Positions 52,841 to 64,000 of a stretch of DNA of 64,000 bases are shown in pieces; position 1 is the stretch's first letter, and each line of letters begins with the position of its first letter. Under the pieces are notes generated by a model that was not told the origin of the DNA, did no database searches, and saw nothing but the letters and a program-made list of their open reading frames with translations. The stretch is from contig NC_082718.1 of assembly GCF_030144855.1 (NCBI RefSeq), positions 6,014,001 through 6,078,000 on the forward strand. Direction: 5' to 3'. This stretch comes from Hypanus sabinus (lineage: Eukaryota). A program made the position numbers and the translations under genes.

Positions 52841-53714
52841 AAAGCTGACATTTATCAGTTCAAGGAACAGGGAAAAATTACATGGTACAAGAATGTGACA
52901 AAACAATAACCCTTTTAAATATTAGTTGTTTGCTTTTAGCATTTGAGCCTTCTACCAACAACAATTATTTAGCATTATCAAGATCAGGTTCTCAATTCAC
53001 AAAGTTGCCTGAATGTTGATAAGATGGACTACGTCTCACTAGACCTCATATCCAAATCACACAGCTACTGCTGTTCTTATCTTCGATATGGTTTGCTTTT
53101 ACATCATAAACACAACATGCTCTGGGGATGAGTGATGGTCAGCTGTGTTTTTTTAATTAATCTTCATAAACACTGGAGCTGAATGCAAGTTTCATGCCTA
53201 ATCGTTGATTCTAAGCTGCTGCCTGGGTCACGGAGAGCTGCAGTAAGCTTTAATAGACACTCAATTCCCAATCAAGGCAATTTAATCAGAGAATAATGAC
53301 TCAAGTGCCTATGCAAATCCATCATACTCTTTAGGTTTTAGCATGTTTAGTGATTTAACAAAAAGAAATACTTTTTTGATTCCTTAAAACTGTTTAAATG
53401 TGTTAACAGTTGCTAAAATAGAAACCATGCATTAAATAGTGATCTGTTGGATATTTCTTCAGCGATCCATGTTAAAGTGGGGATGAAGCCACATGCAGGC
53501 CAATCCAGGTCTGCAAGGTGATGTAACATGAAGAAATAAAGCAGGGCTGGGCAAAAGCTCTGCCCCCCCCCGCCCCAAGTATCTTTTAGAGAAGAAGAAA
53601 TAAACCTTTCATTGTCAAGTTGGAAGGATGAGAGTAGGCCTGAGTGGGCACTTATACTGTGGGATTGTCTTCAAGACGGAGGTTATGAAAGAAAGGTAAA
53701 GCCCCAGTTTTGTC

Positions 53715-56700
53715 CTTTAAAGAATTTTTTTTTCTTGAAGCCTGCTAAAAGCACATCTGCAGACACAATCCTTACTGACATCTTGAACCAGCTGAGAGAA
53801 CTATTTTTCCTGCTTCTGTCAGCATCCAGGACAAACTATAACAGCTTTTCAAGAATGGTTTTCCATCCCCATGGGATCACTCTGCATGGTGATTAGTTAC
53901 ATGTTAAGATTCACCTTTTGCTGGTTGAATAATGTACTGACACACGATATGCACAGACCTTTTCTTCAGCTCCAGTCTATCTTCACTTCACATTCTTTGC
54001 AGTAATTGGTGCATTGAAACGAGGACAGCTGCTGGAATTAATTAAATATTTTCACAATCCCAGATGTGCCTCAGTTTAGTGTCATTAGTTGGAGCAGATC
54101 ATGTAAAACAGCATTTACCTTCTCTTGAACTGGGTGTAGCCAACTTTTATACCTCATTTGCCAAGAAACTTGTTTACTCTTCTTTAAACATAGGCCTGTA
54201 TTTTCCAGTCAGCTCACCCCTTCTTCCTGATTCCCTAAGTGTTCATGCCTCTGACTCCAATAACCAAGTTACTATTCAATCAGATAGTGATCCGGGGAGT
54301 GTCCTGCCCCCCCCCATGTGGTCCGGGGAGTGTCCTGCCCCCACATGTGATCTGGGGAATGCCCTACCCCCCATCTGATCTGGGGAGAGTCCTGCCACCC
54401 ATGTGGTCCGGGGAGTGTCCTACCCCCCCATGTGGACCGGGGAGTGTCCTACCCCCCCCATGTGATCCAGTGAGTGACCTACCCCTCCCATGTGATCTGG
54501 GGAGAGTCCTGCCACCCATGTGGTCCGGGGAGTGTCCTGCCCCCCCATGTGATCCAGTGAGTGTCCTACCCCCCCATGTGATCTGGGGAGAGTCCTACCC
54601 CCCCATGTGGTCCGGGGAGTGTCCTACCCCCCCATGTGGACCGGGGAGTGTCCTACCCCCCCCATGTGATCCAGTGAGTGACCTACCCCCCCCATGTGAC
54701 CTGGGGAGTGTCCTACCCCCCCCATGTGATCCAGTGAGTGACCTACCCCCCCCATGTGACCTGGGGAGTGTCCTACCCCTCCCATGTGATCTGGGGAGAG
54801 TCCTGCCACCCATGTGGTCCGGGGAGTGTCCTGCCCCCCCATGTGATCCAGTGAGTGTCCTACCCCCCCATGTGATCTGGGGAGAGTCCTACCCCCCCAT
54901 GTGGTCCGGGGAGTGTCCTACCCCCCCCATGTGATCCAGTGAGTGACCTACCCCTCCCATGTGATGTGGGGAGTGTCCTAACCCTCCATGTGATCTGGGG
55001 AGAGTCCTACCCCCCATTTGATCTGGGGACTGTCCTACCCCTCCCATGTGGTCTGGGGAGTGTCCTGCCCCCCCATGTGATCTGGGGAGTGTCCTACCCC
55101 CCCCCATGTGACCTGGGGAGTGTCCTACCCCCCCCATGTGATCCAGTGAGTGTCCTACCCCTCGCATGTGGTCCGGGGGAGTGTCCTACCCCCCCATGTG
55201 ACCTGGGGAGTGTCCTACCCCCCCATGTGGTCCGGGGAGTGTCCTGCCCCCCACATGTGATCTGGGGAGAGTCCTACCTACCCCTCCCATGTGACCTGGG
55301 GAGTGTCCTACCCCTCCCATGTGATCTGGGGAGTGTCCTACCCCCCCCATCTGATCTGGGGAGTGTCCTACCCCCCCATGTGGTCCGGGGAGTGTCCTGC
55401 CCCCCTCATGTGATCTGGGGAGAGTCCTACCTACCCCTCCCATGTGACCTGGGGAGTGTCCTACCCCTCCCATGTGATCTGGGGAGTGTCCTACCCCCCC
55501 ATGTGATCTGGGGAGTGTCCTACCCCCCCCATGTGATCCAGTGAGTGACCTACCCCTCCCATGTGATGTGGGGAGTGTCCTAACCCTCCATGTGACCTGG
55601 GGAGTGTCCTACCCCCCCATGTGGTCCGGGGAGTGTCCTGCCCCCCTCATGTGATCTGGGGAGAGTCCTACCTACCCCCCCCATGTGACCTGGGGAGTGT
55701 CCTACCCCTCCCATGTGATCTGGGGAGTGTCCTACCCCCCCATGTGATCTGGGGAGTGTCCTACCCCTCCCATGTGGTCCGGGGAGTGTCCTACCCCCCC
55801 CCCCATGTGATACAGTGTGACCTACCCCTCCCATGTGATTTGGGGAGTGTCCTGCCCCCCTCATGTGATCTGGGGAGAGTCCTACCTACCCCTCCCATGT
55901 GACCTGGGGAGTGTCCTACCCCTCCCATGTGATCTGGGGAGTGTCCTACCCCCCCATGTGATCTGGGGAGTGTCCTACCCCCCCATGTGGTCCGGGGAGT
56001 GTCCTGCCCCCCTCATGTGATCTGGGGAGAGTCCTACCTACCCCTCCCATGTGACCTGGGGAGTGTCCTACCCCTCCCATGTGATCTGGGGAGTGTCCTA
56101 CCCCCCCCATGTGATCTGGGGGGTGTCCTACCCCCCCCATGTGATCCAGTGAGTGACCTACCCCTCCCATGTGATGTGGGGAGTGTCCTAACCCTCCATG
56201 TGATCTGGGGAGAGTCCTACCCCCCATTTGATCTGGGGACTGTCCTACCCCTCCCATGTGGTCTGGGGAGTGTCCTGCCCCCCCCATGTGATCTGGGGAG
56301 TGTCCTACCCCCCCCATATGACCTGGGGAGTGTCCTACCCCCCCCATGTGATCCAGTGAGTGTCCTACCCCTCGCATGTGGTCCGGGGGAGTGTCCTAAC
56401 CCCCCATGTGACCTGGGGAGTGTCCTACCCCTCCATGTGGTCTGGGGAGTGTCCTGCCCCCCTCATGTGATCTGGGGAGAGTCCTACCTACCCCTCCCAT
56501 GTGACCTGGGGAGTGTCCTACCCCTCCCATGTGATCTGGGGAGTGTCCTACCCCCCCATGTGATCTGGGGAGTGTCCTACCCCTCCCATGTGGTCCGGGG
56601 AGTGTCCTACCCCCCCCCCATGTGATACAGTGAGTGACCTACCCCTCCCATGTGATTTGGGGAGTGTCCTGCCCCCCTCATGTGATCTGGGGAGAGTCCT

Positions 56701-59030
56701 ACCTACCCCCCCATGTGACCTGGGGAGTGTCCTACTCCCCCCATGTGGTCCGCGGAGTGTCCTGCCCCCCTCATGTGATCTGGGGAGAGTCCTACCTACC
56801 CCTCCCATGTGACCTGGCGAGTGTCCTACCCCTCCCATGTGATCTGGGGAGTGTCCTACCCCCCCATGTGATCTGGGGAGTGTCCTACCCCCCCCATGTG
56901 ATCCAGTGAGTGACCTACCCCTCCCATGTGATGTGGGGAGTGTCCTAACCCTCCATGTGATCTGGGGAGAGTCCTACCCCCCATTTGATCTGGGGACTGT
57001 CCTACCCCTCCCATGTGGTCTGGGGAGTGTCCTGCCCCCCTCATGTGATCTGGGGAGTGTCCTACCCCCCCCCATGTGATCCAGTGAGTGTCCTACCCCC
57101 CCATGTGACCTGGGGAGTGTCCTACCCCTCCCATGTGACCTGGGGAGTGTCCTACCCCTCCCATGTGACCTGGGGAGTGTCCTACCCCCCCCCATGTGAT
57201 CCAGTGAGTGTCCTACCCCTCGCATGTGGTCCGGGGGAGTGTCCTACCCCCCCATGTGGTCCGGGGAGTGTCCTACCCCCCCCCATGTGGTCTGGGGAGT
57301 GTCCTACCCCCCCATGTGATCTGGGGAGAGTCCTACCCCCCCATGTGATCTGGGGAGTGCCCTACCCCTCCCATGTGATCTGGGGAGTGCCCTACCCCTC
57401 CCATGTGATCTAGGGAGTGTCCTACCCCTCCCATGTGATCTGGGGAGTGTCCTACCCCCCCCCCCCCCATGTGATCTGGGGAGTGCCCTACCGCTCCCAT
57501 GTGATCTGGGGAGTGTCCTACCCCCCCCCCCCCATGTGATCTGGGGAGTGCCCTACCGCTCCCATGTGATCTGGGGAGTGTCCTACCCCCCCCCATGTGA
57601 TCTGGGGAGTGCCCTACCGCTCCCATGTGATCTGGGGAGTGTCCTACCCCCCCCCATGTGATCTGGGGAGTGCCCTACCGCTCCCATGTGATCTGGGGAG
57701 TGCCCTACCGCTCCCATGTGATCTGGGGAGTGTCCTACCCCCCCCCATGTGATCTGGGGAGTGCCCTACCCCCCCCATGTGATCTGGGGAGTACTACACT
57801 AGGCCCATTATATTTCCCACACACAGGCATCAAATCTCCTCAGATCCATCACCATCTACATACTAGGAACAAGTTCTTCAAAGTGTCCAGTAATCGCTTC
57901 ATGTCGCTCTAGTACATTCTGTAATGATCTAGCGTCATTAAAATGATGTAGATTCCTCCATTTAGGAGAATTACTTTCAGTGAGCCTCTTCCCAACAGAT
58001 TCGATCTGGAGCCTGCAATACCTCATTACCATGTAAGCAACTCCAATTTCTTCAATGGTTTCATCAGTACAACCACATGCATTCTTAAATTCAGTTGCAC
58101 TTTCAGCTCGCTCAATCTGGTTCATCAGTATAAGTCTGCATTCTCAGTATAACGTCACATTCCTGCCATTCATCTTCATGACACTGTTCGTGGTTCCGCC
58201 TTGGTTAGAAACACAAGAGATTCTGCAGATGCTGGAAATCCAGAGCCACACACACAAAAAGCTGGAGTATCTCAGCAGGTCAGGCAGCATTTACCGAAAT
58301 GAAGAAACAGTCAATGTTTCTGGCTGAGACCCTTCATCAGGACATCTTTGTTAATTAACCTCTTCTTATAAATTATCTTGAGCAGCTCCTCTGAATTACT
58401 CAGTGTCTTTGCTTCCTTTTCTTGATAAAGGATGGTCCATAATTTGGAAATTTTGCGCATCTTCCTTTGATTATGTTTGCTCAATATTATGCTTATTCCC
58501 AGGAGCTTTAGTAACATGGCCTTTTGAACCACATACATGATCTTTTTACCTTTTCGAACCAACATTCAAATGGAATATGCTTCATGCAATAGTGGAACAG
58601 CCTTTGTTTAAAATCTTTCTCAAAAAACATTCAGTTTGTTTGAAGACAGTGTTTTGCCACTTGTCCTTTGTGCCTGCTGTTACTTGGAACAGTCAGAATG
58701 ACTTGCATCTCGCTTTAAATCAGTCGCATTTTTGTTTGGATTTCTTCAATATGAATGAGACAAACTTTTTCACAATCTCTCCTGGCTTTAGGTTAATATA
58801 CTTACTCAAAAACAGAATTTTTTTTTTATTTGAATTTTTACATGTTCTTTGGCTAAGAGAGTTTCACATCAAACTCCACATGAGGACACTTACTGTTGTA
58901 ATTGAGATCAGCCTATACCAACTTTTATCATCAATGTCATTTGCATTGAAGAAACAAGCGGTATTTTGTAATACTCCTCCCAGTTCTAGGTTTGAGAATT
59001 AAATGTTGCAATCAAACCTATTGTAGCCAT
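53715..59030 (-). mobile_element. Ancient Gypsy relic: gag/knuckle/protease at 57800-59030, RT/RNaseH at ~53790-54285
   Basis: - strand peptides MATIG..WEEY, FFNANDIDD, YINLKPGEIVKKF, HVCGSKGHVTKA, MQTYTDEP, PVQEKVNAV, LTEAGK. Confidence 0.6.
54290..57792 (+). repeat. GC-rich ~30-35 bp minisatellite, ~3.5 kb, roughly 110 units (CCATGTGATCTGGGGAGTGTCCTACCCCCC)
   Basis: Direct tandem units with variable C-runs. Confidence 0.97.
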
Positions 59031-59049
59031 TTTCTTCTCCTTTTTTATG

Positions 59050-60545
59050 CAGATCAGAATCAGAATCCAGTTTAACACCACTGCCGAATCGGGTGAAATA
59101 TGTCGTTTTGTTTTTCACAGCGTGGAACAGGCCCTTCTGGCCCCTTGAGCCACGCTGCCCAGCATTATATCCCCTGATTGGATCCCACAATTTACAATGA
59201 CCAACTGACCTACCGACTGGTATGTCTTTGGACGGTGGGAGGACACCAGAGCAGTCACAGGGAGAAAGCACAAAGTCCTTACAGGCAGTGGCAGGAATTG
59301 AAAACAGGTCTCTGGTACCATAAAGTGTTACGCCATCCACTACGTCTTTGAGCAGGAATACCATGCAATATATCATAATGGAGAAAAAATATGAATTACA
59401 ATAAATATATAATAGTTAAGCAAGTAGTGCAAAAATAAAAATTAAAAAAGTAGTGAGGTAGTGTTCATGGGTTCAATGTCCATTCAGAAATCAGATGGCG
59501 GAGGGCAAGAAGCTGTTCTTGAATCCCTGAGTGTGTGCTTTCAGGCTTCTTCACCTCCTTCCTGATGGAAGCAATGAGAAGAGGGCATGACACACAAAAT
59601 ACTGGAGGAACTCAGCAGGTCAGGCAGCATTTATAGAGAAAAGTCCATCGGCACTGCCTGGCCTGCTGAGTTACTCCAGCATTTTGTGTGTGTTGCTCTG
59701 ATTTCTAGCACCTGCAGATTTTCTCGCTTGCGAAGAGGGCATGTCCTGGGTGATGGGATCCTTAATGATGGATGTCTCCTTTTTGAGGCACCACACCTTT
59801 AAAATATACTGGATTCTGTGGAGGCTAGTGCCCATGATGGAGCTGACTACGCTTAAAAAGTTCAAAGTACTTCCTGGACTTCCTCAGGAGTCTGCGGAGA
59901 TTCAGCAGGTCATCGGAAACCTTGGTGAACTTCTGTAGATGTGTGGTGGAAAGTGTGCTGACCGGCTGCATTACGGTCTGGTTTGGTGAACTTCTATAGA
60001 CGTGTGGTGGTGGAAAGTGTGCTGACCGGCTGCATTACGGTCTGGTTTGGGAGCACCAATGCCTTTGAGCAGAAGGTCCTACAAAATGTAATGGATTCAG
60101 CCCAGTACTTCGCAGGTAAAAACCTCCCAACCATTAAGCACATCTACATGAAATGTTGCCGTAAAAAAGCAGCATCCATCATCAAAGATCCTCACCACCC
60201 AGGCCATGCTCTTCTCTCGCTGCTGCCATCAGGTAGAAGGTATAGGAATCTCAAGACTCACACCATTAGGTTCAAGAACAGTTACTACCCCTCAACCATT
60301 AGGCTCTTGAACGAAAGGGGATAACTTTTGCCAAGGTTTTCGGTACTTTTAGGACACTGTTGTATTTTTGTTTCATGCTTGTTATTTATTGCTATTTACT
60401 GTATTTATATCTGCACTTGCAGTTTGTTTACAGTTTACAGTCACTGTTCTATAGATTTGCTAAGGATGCCCGCAGAAACTGCATCTCAGGGTTGTATGTG
60501 GTGACGTGTATGTAGTCTGATAATAAATTTTACTTTGAACTTTAG
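59050..60545. mobile_element. Cluster of Rex fragments (-: ~59050-59840; +: ~59920-60545) with nested V-SINE and a Penelope-derived fold-back
   Basis: NFYRRVVVESVLTGCITVWFG..RFKNSYYPSTIRLLN; TSD GAAGAGGGCATG around 59590-59731. Confidence 0.75.
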
Positions 60546-61892
60546 TTTTATCTTTCAGCAACTTTATTTTTTCAAGCCTGCAAGGTGCATATCTGCAATC
60601 ACAGTGCTGACAGATCAACCAAATATTGACTGCCAGAAATTAAAACAGCACCATGTTTGGTCTGTGAAGAACCATCAACTATTTGCATTCAGTAAAATGA
60701 ATGTGATAACAGAAACTAAATTAGCACAGATTGGACTGTGGATTATACACAACGCTAGTCTAATTGCTAGGAAATATTGGATGAGGGTCCTTGGCATGGG
60801 AGGGATTTGAACTTCCGTCTTAAGGTAAAACATCAGGGATGGCAGTTGTCATGCAAACTGTTCCAATGTGAGAGCACTGAGTTAAGTAATAACTGGAATG
60901 GGCAAAAATGCAGTTAAAACCACAGCTAAAGGAGCCAATGGCTGCAGATTCTAATTCTTTAAAACGTTACAAGGGCATCTTTAAATTCCTTGCTTTTGTC
61001 CTAAAGCAGGTGGGATAGAATACTCCATTAGCAACTTGTCGGGAAATATCCAGCCATGGCGTTCTGGGAATTAGGTTGCAGGAACGAAGGACTGTAGAGG
61101 AGATTTTTGGGCTTGAAGAGAGAAGGGTTTGGAGGAACATTGATCATGGTGGGGCTCATCAAACAGGGAGACAAGACTGGTTGTCTCTTCCCTGAAATGA
61201 AAAGAACACCGAAAAACAAGAAAAGAAGTAGAGTTTTTTATGATCTACAGATGTCTCACAGTGGTTTTTGGCCAATTAAGTGCATTTTGGAAGTGAGGTT
61301 TATTAGTGTAACAAAGTGTTGCTTGCTTCTGTTCTTTGCAAGATTTGTGGTTTCCACCCCCCCCCCCTTTCTCTGTGCATCAGCTGATGGTTGTATAATG
61401 TATACATTCTATGATAATAAGTGTACTTTGAACTTTGAAACACGTAGACTGTGAGATCCTCCATAACAGTTATGAGATAATATTTAGTTGAGGGATAAGT
61501 ACTGAAGCACGTTTGGGATAAATTTCTGTGTTTTTTTCAGATACTGGGATGCTTAGGCTAGTCTGAAAGATAAAATTAAATTGTGCTGCATTCTCTTAGT
61601 TTTTCTCGTGGGGCTGGTAACCTCTGTATTGAGGTCGAGGTCAGGACTTTTGAAGGAGAATATAGATCCTTATTACTTTGGCTCAGTGAGTGATACCTAG
61701 TGAACCATGGCTTACCAGCAAACATCTGGGAACAAGGTCCATAAGAATACAGAAAATGGAATAGAAGAGACTATTCAGTTATTCACAGCTTCTGCACCAA
61801 TTAACAAGATTACAGTTGGCTTTTTACATGAATGACACTTTCCCCATATCCCTTAATGCTCCTGGCTACAGATTTTTAGGCAAGTTGAAATA

Positions 61893-62413
61893 CACTCTGT
61901 GGCCACTTTATTAGGTATTTATTAATGCAAATAGCTAATCAGCCAATCATCTGGCAGCAACACAAGGCATAAAAACATGCAGACATGGTAAGACGTTCAG
62001 TTGTTGTTCAGACCAAACATCAGAACAGGGAAGAAAAGTGACCTCAGTAACTTCGACTGTAGAGTGATTGTTGGTGCCAGATGGGGTGGTTTGAGTGTCT
62101 TAGAAACTGCTGATCTCCTGGGACTTTTGCACAACAGTCTCTAGACACCTCCAGTGAGCAACAATTCTGTGGGCAAAAGCACCTTGTTGATGAGAGAGCT
62201 CAGAGGAGAATGGCCAGACTGGTTCAAGCTGACAGGAAGGCGACAGTAATCCAGATTACCAAGTTACAACAGTGGTGTGCAGAAGGGCATCTATGAAAGC
62301 ATGACATGTCGAACTTTGAAATGGATGGGCTACAGCAGCAGAAGACCATGAACATACACTCAGTGGCCACTTCATTGGGTACAGAAGTTACCAAATAAAG
62401 TGGTAACTAAATG
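61893..62413 (+). mobile_element. Internally deleted Tc1/mariner-type DNA transposon
   Basis: TA-flanked TIRs CACTCWGTGGCCACTTTATTAGGTA; transposase N-terminal remnant IVGARWGGLSVLETADLLG. Confidence 0.75.
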
Positions 62414-63664
62414 TATTTTTGCAGTAAATATAGCAATATAATAGCTGAGAACTAGAAAGTATTGTGAAGCTTAATTGCAGAAATAATTGTAATTCTCAGA
62501 AAATTGAGGAGGTGTTAAACTTCTCTTTCTGCATGTTACTCAAGGCCCTTCTGCACTAGCTGGTGAAAAAAAGAACCTCAATCATCCGCAGTGAACATAT
62601 GCTGACTGCGATCCACTATCAATAGACAAATATCAGATGGGATAAAGTATTAATTTAGCACCCACCAAACATCCACTTCCACAGAAAAATAATTACACTG
62701 AATCATTTACCCTGCTTTCCTCCCTCATACAGATGATCTAATCCCAATCACATTGCTGTTCTGATACCTTCCTCTGTGCCATATTGGCTGCTGTGCTGCC
62801 ATATGACAGCACTTCAGGAAGTAGATCATTAGCTAGAAACACCTTGGGATGATCTGCGTACATCAAAAACACCTTTCTTTCTCTACCAGCCTGATCTGCT
62901 GAATACTACTGCCATTTTCTGGTTTAAATTCTGATTTCTTCCATTTGTAGTATTTTATTTGACCTGCAGCTTCTCCCTCATTTTATGAAATATTGATCAC
63001 ACATCTTGTTTATCTCTCGGGGTTAAACAGTTAATGGTTTAACTGAATCTTTCTTCAGGGCTCATTCAGTAACAATTTGATCTACACAATCTTCCATTGT
63101 CTCTGCCAGGATTCATTCACGTTGGACCCTGGCAGAGAGAAGTCTCTAACTACCAGTGCTTCCATCCCTAGGTTTCTGTTTCACTCTCCAGTTCTGAGAT
63201 CAATTCATGGGATTTGCTCCTTTTATCAAAACCTCATTTGCGCTCCTTTTATTTAATACTTAAATGATGTTGCATTGTTGAATTAAAAGTTGCTCAGATG
63301 TGCTGAGAATTTTTTTTTCCATTCAGTTATTAATGCAAAGATTGAAAACCCCTGGTGCTCATCAGCTCTGAATATGGAACAGAGTAAAGGATAGGATAAG
63401 GTAAGCATTGAATTAGTGATCTGAAAGGGCTATGGATTCAATTTTCTTTACAAGTTTAAGGTGGTTAGATTTTTTAAAAAGTCAACAAAGATGAGTAATT
63501 AATTGAATTGAAAAATATCAAAAGGCTTTCTTTATGCAGTCCTGATCTACAATTCTACATGTGACACACAGAAGACAATATGACTAGTGGCCTCAATGAG
63601 AGTTAAAGAATCAGTTTTTTAAAATTGATTCATCTCTCAGCACCTGAGAGTCCCTGGCAGGTCA

Positions 63665-63960
63665 CTTACCGCCCGTTACACCGCGGGCCGTCAGGGCAGC
63701 AGTGAAGATCCTCCATCTCTGTCTGTCCTTCGCCACTCATGTGAAGAAATTTTCATCCTTACTGTTTCCGTAACAGTTTTGTTTTTGTCAGCCCTGAGCT
63801 TGGAGGACCAGTGGTCCACTCTTGGCCCTGTCTCTACACTTTGACTTGTTCGGCTTGGTGAACCTACCAAGAGCCAGAGCATAAAACCATCCAACACAGC
63901 TCTCCAGATCACTGAGGCATGCAGGCCTCCAAACCATGAGAAGTCCTCTTGGAAGACTGG
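63665..63960 (-). mobile_element. Non-autonomous RTE-derived element
   Basis: Homologous to 22820-23240. Confidence 0.55.
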
Positions 63961-64000
63961 CAAGGTCAGCCTATCTCTAATTGCTCTACCATTCATTGTC

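Noticed and set aside
54239-57912. Pro/Cys-rich and Gly/His-rich repetitive ORFs resembling keratin-associated or structural proteins
   Set aside because: Translations of the minisatellite; variable C-runs shift the frame constantly, with no sign of codon constraint
57800-59030. Possible host gene, or duplicated/domesticated gag
   Set aside because: Reads as an ordinary gag-knuckle-protease relic with many stops, frameshifts and an inserted repeat
37300-64000. UBE2H exons expected from human synteny
   Set aside because: No matching exon sequence was recognised in this window

Overview
This is eukaryotic, repeat-rich vertebrate DNA, most likely from a cartilaginous fish (ray or shark), judging by the CR1, Rex, V-SINE and Penelope families present (inference). 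Host genes: (1) a complete 10-exon ZC3HC1/NIPA gene on the + strand (CDS 18181..36858, 1488 nt spliced, 495 aa), whose intron 2 is a minor-spliceosome AT-AC intron; (2) the first coding exon of a divergently transcribed KLHDC10 on the - strand (12990..13056), with the rest of that gene apparently left of the window. Most of the remainder is transposon-derived: CR1, Rex1/Babar and L1 fragments, RTE-derived and tRNA-derived SINEs, a Tc1 relic, a solo LTR, and two old Gypsy relics. There is also a near full-length but disrupted Gypsy element (45907..50330). It lacks a tRNA primer-binding site and instead has a 14-bp self-complementary leader. About 16 Penelope-terminus-derived short insertions are present; about ten retain traces of a minimal hammerhead ribozyme, several are fold-backs, and three have 12-13 bp TSDs. 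Two minisatellites (41-bp and ~31-bp units) show higher-order structure. Almost all ORFs in the supplied track are repeat-derived or spurious. Repeat boundaries are read by eye and approximate unless a TSD or terminal motif is cited.
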